From Macrostomum lignano (taxonomy: Eukaryota), in NCBI GenBank assembly GCA_002269645.1, contig NIVC01001516.1:5796-69795 (forward strand): a DNA stretch of 64,000 bases, in the 5' to 3' direction. The position numbers and the translations under genes are program-made. Positions 32,558 to 43,589 of the stretch are shown one piece after another; the stretch's first letter is position 1, and each line of letters opens with the position of its first letter. Under the pieces are notes generated by a model. It saw only the letters and a program-made list of their open reading frames with translations, made no database searches and was not told where the DNA came from.

Positions 32558-34374
32558 TAATAGAGGCTCCTCGAAAACAATAATGGAATTCTCTCAACTG
32601 ACTACTTAACATGCTTAGTAGTGTGATAGTAATAATGACTGGACAAGTAGACTCTGAAAATGGCATCCCTTAATCTCTATTTCCTGTCGTGCACAATCTT
32701 GTCTTTAAGTTCGCCTAAAAACTGTTGCTTAAATTTGATTACAAACAGCTATTCGAAAAATCTAAAATTGCTTCGAAAGTCAATGAAAATCCTAATAAAA
32801 AGTCATTTTGAAAATATATGAAATATTATAAGAACTTGTTGGACACCGCGCCACTACATTTCCCTAAACTTATACTGTTTACTCAAAAACTACCATTTTA
32901 TTCCATTGTTTCAATTTTTGCTTGTCTTTTCTCTCTGCCTGTAATTACGATTCTGTTGTCGGTTACAGCTTAATACCGCACATATAATATCTTAATGATA
33001 TACAAATATGGGAATTTCTGATAAGAACAGACAGTTGGTTAATCTTTTTGTCCGGCATTATTTGCCGCGTACTACTTACTGAAATGTGTGGGACTAATAA
33101 ATCCTGTTTATTTTATTGTTAGCAGTGCAATTGTCGTGGCCCTAAGAACAGCCTGTCTTCTTGTTACAACCAGAAATTTTTATTAATTAAGGTATTTAAT
33201 AATTGTTTGCACTTTGGATTCAAGCGCTTTATTCCTTAAACTGTTATTCACTAATTTAGCACTGAGAATCGTTGAACCGCAGCAGAGTACAGCTGGAGCT
33301 TATGCGCAACTTATTGTTCTATCTTTATATTATTTTACTAATATTTATGAAACTGTTTACGGACGCACTATAAATCTCACCCTCGGTTATTGCCTGTCCA
33401 TTTCTCTTAACTATATTTTGTTTGTTATATTTCTTGTTTCTCGTTGTCAATTCTACGTTAAATTTGTGTGTTTTGTGCCATTTTCCCTCGTCAAAGTCAT
33501 AACGTTTCTCTCTCTCTCTCTCTCGCGTCTCCTCACAGGCTTTCCATTTTATTTCCAGTTTTTGTGTCCTGTCTGTTTCGCCACATTAATTTTGTCAAAT
33601 ATCTGACAGCCCTCGTGTTGTTTCACGGTTTATTAATAAAGTCATTTTACTCTTTATTCCCAAAGTAGATATTGTAGACTAATAAAGTAACAGCACGTAT
33701 TTCAGCAGCTGGTTTAGCTTCGATTGTGTTTTCAAACCCCTACCATTTTGTTTAGTGATTAAATAAATTTATTATTAATAAATTAACGGACCTGTCATTA
33801 GATGAACGACAACAAAGTTTCTTTTTATTCAGGTCTGCTTTGTTTCTTCAGCTTTGCTGCTTCTCAACCACACATTGTTCCTAATTGTGCTCCAGGGCAC
33901 AAGCTAGTTAATATTAGTTTTACACTAATCTATACAATAATTGTGACGTGTCATTTGTTATGAACAGTTTTGTCCTCGTTTATAAAAGGTGGATTGCTTT
34001 ACCCTGAAAATTTTGTCTGTTTCTTGTTTTAGACATGTCGTTATCGCTTGGCTAATAAAATAATACACCTGACTGATCCTTAAATACCTGGATTTATTAT
34101 TCTGATTATGTCGTATAAGTGTTGTATGTGGTCTTAAATAACTTTTCTATTTTTTAGCTAGTAGCGCAGCTATAACTGTAAAATGATGGATAACTTTGGT
34201 TAGGAGGGAAAAACCTTAAAATTTCGAAAATGCGAAAAGCTTTCATTTTTGGTTAAAATCATTCAATCGTTCATCCCGTGACATCATTGCAAATCAACAG
34301 CTTCCTAGTTCTTTGCCCATTAATTTTTTTAACTTTGAGTCAGTGACGAGTCTCGCAAATACCCTTAGCAAAAA

Positions 34375-34915
34375 GGGGTCCATGAGAATTGCCCGCCGAG
34401 ATTTGCCCGCAGGAGATTAGTACGCCGAGAATTGCCCGCCGAGATTTGCCCGCAGGAGATTTGCACGCCGAGAATTGCCCGCCGAGATTTGCCCGCAGTG
34501 CATTTTGCCCGTGAGCGAATTGCCCGTGGAGATTTGCCCGCCGAGTTTTTTCCCGCTGAGGTTTGCCCGCAGTGCTTTTTTCCTGCAGCGCATTTATCAG
34601 CTAGATTCTGTCTGCAATCCCCCCCCATCCCCCTAGAGAGATATGCATTTGATATGCAGTTACTATCAAAGCGTTTGATCGGGTAAATCTCTTTATTAAA
34701 AGTTACTAAGCATTGGGGAGGCAATGCAGACAAAATCTGCCGCGTGGCCAAATGCGCTGCAGGAAAAAAGCATTCGCTCTTTTTTTCGCTCGCTATCGCG
34801 GCCGTTGCGGGCAATTCACTTGCGGGCAAACTGCACTGCGGGCAAATCTCGGCGGGCAATTCTCGGCGGGCTAATCTCCACGGGCAATTCGTCTACGGGC
34901 ATTTTTCGTGCCCCC
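34375..34915. mobile_element. Foldback/MITE-like element with arms built of gcccg subrepeats
   Basis: Left arm gagaattgcccgccgagatttgcccgcag repeats are mirrored on the right as ctgcgggcaaatctcggcgggcaattctc. Confidence 0.7.
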
Positions 34916-36059
34916 AGCAAGGGTGGTTGTAAAGATGCCTCCAAGGGCATTCCAAGTTCTAGTTCTGACTTTTTTAAACCGTATAACAAAGCTTGCTATA
35001 TCAAGGTATGATGAAAAATAAATAAAAATCATATGGTTCTGAAATTTAAACGAAATAACTGTTGTAAAAACTAGCTCTCGTAGTTAAATATGATATCAAT
35101 TTAAAGGACACAACAATAATCAGGTTTAATTTAAGCAATCTGTGAATTTCGCAATAGCTCACGGCACGGCCGGATAACTTCAGCAACTGTTACTAGCAAA
35201 AAATCATTAACAGTAGAGCGGCAGTGACAAGCGATACCTGAACTATTTGTTTTCAATTCGTGAATTTCGTGTCAATTTTATTCACTTTAAAATCAATCAC
35301 TTTAGTCCCAGTAGTAATGAGCCGTCACTCTAAATAATGCATCTATGAATAATCCAACTACACAGATTTGTCTGGCAGACGTTGTGTCTTGGTCTATTGC
35401 CTGCTGTCCCTTTGATGTGCAGTGCAAAATAGCTAGAAAAAATCAATAAGATATTAAACAATCTATATTTTTAGCTTTTAACAGCATAGAAGGACTTTAA
35501 CAGCAATGCTATTATGCTAATTTCTTATTTATTTATTTCTAGTTTAGTATTGAACTTTTACTCCATTCATTTAATGACTTAATTTTATAGAATAGGGCCA
35601 ATGCATCCTAATATTAGGGCCATAGTCACTGTCATTTTAGGGGGAGAGAGTAGCCTAAACCTAGAAGTTAGGCCCCTTAAGGTTAACTCATTTATGTAGT
35701 TCAATTCATAGGGACAGGGTGGTATAGTATACCTGTATAACTTTCACTGACACATTTTAAAACACATCTTTTGACACTTTTTATAACACTTAAAATGTTG
35801 CAAAAAGTTTTATAAAAGTATCAAAAAAGTGTTATAATAGTTAACTTTTATTGACACATTTTTAGAATGTAGGCCCTATTCTAACACTTAAAACGTCACT
35901 TAGAGCTAGGTCATGTATATATAATATACATGTACTATTCATGTACAATTTGTATATATATATATATGTTTCTTAAGATACTTCAGCAGCCTGCAGTATA
36001 CATGTAAGACTTTTATGTGTACAAAGTATACATGTATAGGCCTATAACGCTATAAATAT

Positions 36060-38030
36060 ATCAATTAATGCAAATGATGTGCAACAGTTGCGTGAATTTC
36101 TGAGGCACTATGGTCAGTGCCCCAAAGAGTGAAGATGGCATTTCGCTAAGCAATAAGTGAGTGCATATCCATGTGTGTTGTTGAGTATGGGCAATGAAAG
36201 CATGAACAAATTTTAAAATACAAGCTCCTCTGTTTGCAAGTAAAGTAATGAATTTAATGCTTTATTTTTCTATGCATGATTTTGTCTATAGACAAATTTC
36301 AGTCAGTCATAGTGAGCATCATTTTTGCAATTGGGCTTTGGTATTGCTTAAATAAGACATTTATTGATGCCTTCTTAATGAATGAGTACAGAAGTAGACT
36401 ATTATAAATTTCAATACAGTTTGTGTAACTCTATGGTATAAGTACTATTACTTTTGTGGGTATAACTTTTGTTCTCTAGTATCAATTTTAAAAATTCAAA
36501 AAGCAGTCTAAAGAAGAGATTTGCCACTATTAGTTCATAAAATTTTAAGTCACAAGAAGCTATAGAACAAGAGCTACAGTTAAGATTAACACTACTTTTG
36601 GGACAACCCTCATAGATCTTGTCATTCTTTATTAGCAATAGTGGCATCAGAACAATGCAATTTCTTTTTTAGGTAGGTGTTCAACAAAATTAGGTTGGTA
36701 GTTAGTGGCAAGATCTTAGGAACTGCAGCCCTTGTTAACTTTTAGAGTCTAAAGAGCTGACAATGAGATTATGACAATAGGAGTTGTGAACCATAACATA
36801 TTATATTGTTTTGATGCAGATTTAATCGCCTGTTTTCAATGCTGTTACCATGCAGATCTCCATACAACACTTTAGGCTATACCCTATTTTTAGGGCAAGA
36901 CTTGGAATACCAACTTTAGCATTAATTTTGTATAGCAGCCAAGTTTTTAAAGCCACACATATTCCAAGTAGCAATGACATGAAAGTCAAAATATCTAGTG
37001 TCGAGAGCAGCTAATAGACTAAGATTTGGCTTGCTTGTTACAATTTGCAATTCTTTCAAAAACCAAGCAATTTCTAGCATTCTAGTAGTGCAAAGACTCA
37101 CTTAACCTCTACTGGCAAGGTGCACTTCCCACAATGAGAGCCCCAGATTGATTCATAATAGCCACATCATTTCTTGCAATGGCCTTTTTGTCATCATTTC
37201 ATTTGCTCAATGGTTTCTAAAAAATCCACTGGATACTTGCTTGGAAGTAGAGCTGCTGAAATTAGAGCTTTGCCAGCTACCACAAATAACTTTTGCTTTT
37301 TTTTCACACTATCCTCATAGTCTACTGGTCAAAGTTTATGTCTATGGCAATGCTTATATAGCTCACAAGCATGAAAGAAGCCTCAGCAGAATTTGCATAA
37401 AAGATAGCTAAAAGAAACTTTGGTAGAACCTTTGTTTTAGATGACAATAATCTCTTCTTGTTTAGTTTTTGATAAAACTTGAATGTTGTACTCAAAGTTG
37501 CTTAGCAGATATAGTTTGGTCATGGCCTTCTTATACTCTTTGAATGAGCAGTAGCTGCAGCAACAGCAATCTCAAATTTTGTGGTAACAAAGCAAGTGAT
37601 CCCATGGACAAGAACAGAGGATACCACAAAAATAGCACAAATGTCTCTTTTTCACCTTTTTATCTGCACTAGCAGCATTACATTCATCGCCAACTTCCTC
37701 CTCATTTTGACTACTCAGTGTATCATCAATGCCAGAATTTGGGTCATCAACAAGTTTGCCATCTTGAAGTTCGTGCACAAGGCTGCAGATAGCATTGTCA
37801 GTTAAAAAGAGTGCCTCAATAAATTATTAGATTACTTTATTCTTAATTCATTGCTTAGATTAGAAACAGTAGGTGCAGCCACAGTGCCAGGATCAGCTGT
37901 TGCTGAGATGAGAGCAGCTGCTGCAGTGGCTGGGACAGAAACAGCCGCTACAGTCACTTGGACACTTGGAGCACTCAATTTGTTGTATAAAATTGTTTTT
38001 TGCAAGTTGAATCTAAAATCTAACAAAGCA
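36060..38030 (-). pseudogene. Decayed tyrosine-recombinase-like (DNA_BRE_C-like, SET-domain-associated family) element gene
   Basis: Minus-strand fragments in family order: KRHLCYFCG; NFEYNIQVLSKTKQEEIIV; YLLCKFC*GFFHACELYKHC; IARNDVAI; RMLEIAWFLKEL; LDTRYFDFHVIATWNMCGF; GIPSLALKIGYSLKCC (~36870-36910); ISLSAL*TL; PKILPLTTNLILLNTYL. Many stops and frameshifts. Confidence 0.7.
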
Positions 38031-38861
38031 CTATTCTCTATTTAGAAGCAAAAACATGCTAATTATAGACAATTTAATTAGTGATTCTATTAAATTATCA
38101 TTAAAAAAATTGCTCTAGCCCTATACGACACCTGATTACTACGTATTTTATTATTGATCATTTAAGCTTTCATTAAAGTCATTTTACTTGAGTTAGAAAC
38201 TATAGTTCAAGACAATTTTTTGTTATTTGTAGGCAAATTTGTTTTTTATATTCTATCATTCATTTTTATTTGCTAATATGCTTAATAGACATGGTATATA
38301 TGGTGTCTGCCAATAAGAGATTAACAGAAAGTAAGTAAGCAAGTAAAAATCAGGAATGGGTTTCTACACAACAATCCTGCATTTATATATTTGCACCCAA
38401 GCATAAATTATTTCATGATTGATAATTTTTGGGACAAAAAAAACATTTGTTTGCATAACATTTCTGTAAAAGCTTACTTATAGTAGATTAGTAAGAAAAA
38501 CCTATTTGAAAAACTTCAAAGTTTTTTTAACCTTTACAAAATATTTTAAAATCTTTAAAATTTTATAATCCTACATAATGGGATCAATTTGTCAGTTGAG
38601 AAAGTTCACTGCCTATGTGATAGAACTATAGTTATTTTATAGTTAATATATTTACTCTATTTTTAGTTTCAGATTAGCATTCATTTTACATTGAAAGTAG
38701 TATTATTATAACAATTTACAGTGGTAGACATCAAATATTCAAAATCTAAGCACTTTATATTGTTGGCATTTGTTTCCCACTGCGGAGCGGTTGTTCCACC
38801 GTCTCTAGCGACCTCGCTCACTGCCCACTAAATCCTAAACAACACAAACAACTAATAAAAC

Positions 38862-39059
38862 ATGACCCGCGGCAACCAGCGCGATCTGGCTAGGGCTAAG
38901 AATGCCAAAAAGCAGGCCGAGCAGGGCAAGAAAAAGGCCGCTAATGAGAAGAATGGCAACAGAGGCCTGACGCTGGAGGAGCGCCGTCAACGGGACGCTG
39001 AGATACTTCGACAAAAGCAGCAGAAAGCTGCTGAGAAGGCGGCCGGAGAAAAGAAATGA
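38862..39059 (+). CDS. SERF2: Small EDRK-rich factor (SERF/4F5/MOAG-4 family), intronless
   Basis: MTRGNQRDLARAKNAKK...GLTLEERRQRDAEILRQKQQKA is the 4F5-family signature. Confidence 0.93.
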   Translation: MTRGNQRDLARAKNAKKQAEQGKKKAANEKNGNRGLTLEERRQRDAEILRQKQQKAAEKAAGEKK

Positions 39060-39185
39060 TGGACAGGTGGCGAAGAGAAGAGGGGGAGCTGTCGATAAGA
39101 CTCTTAATCCTGGACTAATATTCGTGCGCATACAGCAGTTCTCTACTTGCCCGACTGCTCTTAAGCAAGTTATTAAGTCCAAGTT

Positions 39186-39430
39186 CATACATGCGCAACC
39201 CCGCTGATTTACACCGGCCGTACGACTTACTTTTTGACCAAAAATGCAACTTACCTATGAATAAAAACAAGGAAAGTTTTTGGGTAAACGGTGGGAGTAA
39301 CTATAACTGTATTATTGAGCCTAAATGCATCGTCAGGTAATTAGTGCCCTAACAGTTTTTTTCGGTGGGCATTTTCGCGACCTACCTCGGCTGGGCCCCT
39401 TGCCAGCCGGCCGGGTGTTGCGCGTGTACG
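39186..39430. mobile_element. 28S-fragment MITE, copy 2 (diverged)
   Basis: TIR catacatgcgcaac / gttgcgcgtgtacg; shared ttttgaccaaaaatgcaacttac block; 28S-like segment 39282-39346; near-TSD tccaagtt / (ac)tccaagta. Confidence 0.82.
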
Positions 39431-40299
39431 ACTCCAAGTAATTGAAAACTTTGCAACAGTTTTGTTGATCGGCAAGACAGAGAATTGCATACTTAGTAAT
39501 CGTATTGTATATGAGTATTAGCTGACAAATCTATAACAAATATTTTTGCTTGTTTATAAACAAGGGCAATTCGAATTTGAAAGCAAGGTTGAACTTATTT
39601 ATTCAGTCTTGCACTTTGCATGGGCCTTTCCTTTTTTAAATTCGACCGCTCCTAATAAAACAGGCAACAACGCGCACTTTATATATATAACCTACTAATA
39701 GTACTGTAGCGCGCTTCATTCTATTGTATTGTACTTATTTTTGCGTCAATTTAATCAACAAAACCCAGTTGAAACGCACCGAAAGTAAGTGCTAAATTTG
39801 CTACTCAGAAGTAGGCCCCTTGGCGATGCGTGTGTACAAACACTGTTCGAGCTCTCTCAGTCTCCGCTTGTTATGTTTGTTGTAGTTGCTCTGATATAGG
39901 AAGGCAAACCTCAAAGTTCAGTTAATTTTGCAGTCCACCTTTACATTTGGTTGGTTTTTTTTTCTAATTTCAAAGACGGTGGTCTTCAAAGCGGAAACAG
40001 TGATAGGTTTTTTGTACAATTATATTAACTCATTGGCTGATCGGTTCACCTTGTCAGTCTGTTTAATTTAAATATACCTGCCCTTTTCCTTTTATTCATT
40101 TATTGTCTAATTGTCGGCTGAGAAATTATTAACTTAAACTATTTATTACTAGCTAGAATTTTCTGCCAAGTATTATTTATTTCCTTAACACGACTAGTGC
40201 TTAGGTTAGTGTAATAGAACAGTGGACACTCCACAGGCTGCAGTAGTCAGTGCTGCATTTGAACTATTGAGTCTGTATATGGACGTATTTTAAGTTCAG

Positions 40300-40762
40300 T
40301 ATTTTCCATGTTGGTCATCATTGCCGTCAGCACTTTCCATGTTGGTCATCATTGCCGTCAGTATTTTCCATGTTGGTCATAATTGCCGTCAGCACTTTCC
40401 ATGTTGGTCACCATTGCCGTCAGCACTTTCCATGTTGGTCATCATTGCCGTCAGCACTTTCCATGTTGGTCACCATTGCCGTCAGCACTTTCCATGTTGG
40501 TCATGATTGCCGTCAGCACTTTCCATGTTGGTCATCATTGCCGTCAGCACTTTCCATGTTGGTCATCATTGCCGTCAGCACTTTCCATGTTGGTCATAAT
40601 TGCCGTCAGCACTTTCCATGTTGGTCACCATTGCCGTCAGCACTTTCCATGTTGGTCATCATTGCCGTCAGCACTTTCCATGTTGGTCATGATTGCCGTC
40701 AGCACTTTCCATGTTGGTCATGATTGCCGTCAGCACTTTCCATGTTGGTCATCATTGCCGTC
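40300..40762. repeat. 31-bp minisatellite
   Basis: ttgccgtcagcactttccatgttggtcatca, about 15 copies. Confidence 0.95.
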
Positions 40763-41777
40763 GGAGCAACGCAGGCACACGAAATTCAAAAACATGGGCC
40801 AAATTTTTGTTGCGCACCTTCTCAAACAAGAATCAAGTCGCCAGCCCTCCGAACCGTCGAGGTATTCAACGATTCTGCCAGAAGGTCGGATTTTCCCCAT
40901 AAGCGCTAGTGTATTCAGTACACCCCTGTGCGCCAATCAGCACTGCGCCTCAGTGCAGCCTTGCCAACCAAATTTCATCAGCACGTCGAACACATGTGTC
41001 TGCATCAGCACTGCCTTCGTTGGTCACTGGCCTTCACCCAGACGGGGCTTCTGGACCTTCAACACGTGGCAGCAAAGGTGACTTTAAAGGCCCTATTGCA
41101 AATTTCTCTGATGTCGCTGACCAAGCCTCGACAGTGGGCAAGCCGCAACTGCTGGGTATCCTCAGCTAGTCTCTCCAGCATTCGGTCGTTATCCAGACGC
41201 CATTCTTGAAAATTAGTTCGTATATTTCCCCCCTCCCCCTTGGTAGTTCGACTGGCGGAAAAATGGCTTGGCATTCCTACTGTTGAGGAAGAATAGTGAT
41301 CAAGTTTTATTGGATCAGTCTTCAAGCAATAATTAGTTTTTATGCTCAGGTTTCACTGCGATGCTTAGTCTGTACTGCACTGAGCTTTTCAGTGGGTTAT
41401 GACTAATTGGTTTCTTGATCAAGTTTAGCAGTGAATTGACATTTATTTATTAGGAACTGGAGTTCTCAAGTGATAAGACGGTAAACTGTCGAGTGCAGCG
41501 TCCTACTTCAGTATCAATGAAAGGACATTGCTCAACTGTCTTGCATTCACCCGCTTTTGAACACTTGCTGCTTCCATGCATTTCCATCATATAAATCATT
41601 AAACGCGCTTTGCTTGTCCAATAGTACGCTTAGCCAACCAAGCCACGCGTTCTGTTGGTTAAATAGATCGAGGCGAGAGCTGAGTAGCAAATGCGCACTG
41701 CCTTGTCTGGGATATATCACGCTGTGCGCTCTCCAATCGGCAAGATCATCAAGTCAGCCATCGAGCTATCTAAAGCT

Positions 41778-42233
41778 ATGGAAGAAGGCCGCGAATGGCG
41801 CAGCAGGCGTCGCCGCCAACGCCGCTGCTGTCGGCTAGCCCTCTGGCTGGAGCTCATGGTCGGCATTATCATGACTATATTGGGCCTCTTCATCTTGTTG
41901 CTAAGCGCCGAATCGCTTCGCGAAGGCGACTATCCGGCTGTGTACTTTTGCTCCCTGTACATCGCGCTCGGGCTGGGCCTGTTGCTGCTCTACTATGTCC
42001 ACTACTACGGCTTGAAGTGCTGGTTGAAGCGTCAGGTGCAACGCCTGGACGCCAGTATTCGGTCGGACAGTGACGCTCTGGCCGCGTTGGCTCGGCGCAG
42101 TCTGCAGTTCTCCGGCATCGCCGGGCCGGTTCGGATCAATCGGAGCCCCCAGCAACAGCAGCAGGCTGACGCCGAAGCAGCAGTAGTTGATGACTGCGCT
42201 GTCGTTTGGGAGGTCAGGCAGTCGCTTGTGTAG
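41778..42233 (+). CDS. Orphan 151-aa protein with two predicted TM helices
   Basis: GC-rich ORF; basic N-terminus, hydrophobic LALWLELMVGIIMTILGLFILLLSA and AVYFCSLYIALGLGLLLLYYVHYY segments, then a polar tail. ATG at 41778 preferred over the ORF-track start at 41691. Confidence 0.6.
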   Translation: MEEGREWRSRRRRQRRCCRLALWLELMVGIIMTILGLFILLLSAESLREGDYPAVYFCSLYIALGLGLLLLYYVHYYGLKCWLKRQVQRLDASIRSDSDALAALARRSLQFSGIAGPVRINRSPQQQQQADAEAAVVDDCAVVWEVRQSLV

Positions 42234-42684
42234 TTGCTAGGCTCGTATGACGACAGGATACCTGCCTTGCGTTTTAGCGAACAATTCAACAAGACCGCTC
42301 TTCGAACAGTCTGCTGACACTTCTCTATGGCGAGGAAGCAGCGCGAAAACATCTGTAAATTTAATCTGTCAAAAAACCGCACTCGATTCGAGCACTGGGC
42401 ACAAGATCTATACCAGCTAGCCCTTGAAAATAAGTAGAACTAAGCTTTGCACACAGACGAAAGAAGACCATTAGCAATATAGGCTCAAATCGTGTTAATG
42501 TGTTACGCCCTTAGGCCATATCAACGTAGGTTACGCTACAGTATATAGGAAATTTTTGCTGTGCCCCAATATGTGTGCAGGGATGCGATGTGGCCACACA
42601 AAACTCGCTGTTTTTGAAAGCATTAAATGTAGCTCCTCTCTGCTGAAGGAGAGTTTAATTTGATTACTATTTCTGGCAGTTAAA

Positions 42685-43222
42685 TTGCTGACAGTCATTT
42701 GTCACTGATTTTTCTATTGTCACTGACAGTCAATTGTCACTGACAGTCAATTGTCACTGATTAGTCAATAGCACTGACAGTCAATTGTCACTGACAGTCA
42801 TTTGTCACTGATTTGTCAATAGTCACTGACAGTCAATTGTCACTGATTAGTCAATAGCACTGACAGTCAATTGTCACTGACAGTCATTTGTCACTGATTT
42901 GTCAATAGTCACTGACAGTCAATTGTCACTGGCAGTCAATTGTCACTGACAGTCAATTGTCACTGACAGTCAATTGTGACTGATAAGTCAATAGTCACTG
43001 ACAGTCAATTGTCACTGACAGTCAATTGTCACTGACAGTCAATTGTCACTGACAGTCAATTGTCACTGACAGTCAATTGTCACTGACAGTAAATTGTCAC
43101 TGACAGTCAATTGTCACTGGCATTCAATTGTCACTGACAGTCAATTGTCACTGACAGTCAATTGTCACTGACAGTCAATTGTGACTGACAGTCAATTGTC
43201 ACTGGCAGTCAATTGTCACTGG
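42685..43222. repeat. 17-bp quasi-palindromic minisatellite
   Basis: cactgacagtcaattgt units. Confidence 0.95.
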
Positions 43223-43589
43223 TCATTGTCTTAGTCTCGATACGCCTATTTGTTGCTTTTTTTCTAAATGCTTTCTGCTCTCTGCTTAGTCCTCTCTAAT
43301 TACTTATTCGTAATTTTTTCAACTAAGTTCTTGTAAAACCCTTCTCTTGTATGAGCACATTTGTTAGGTTCCTATATGCATGTAGGTCTTAACATTTGAC
43401 ATTGTACAGTTGTCCTTGATTATTGTGAAATAAAAATTCGATAAGCAAGGATAAGGAGGATCGCATCGCATATCCTGGATCGCGTGATCCAAATAAGGTT
43501 TAGCGTGAATCTGGGAGCGCTTCATCTCAAAAATAAATTTTTTTTTCTGCGAATCAGACATCCACTGCAAATTATTAAACACCAGTCTC

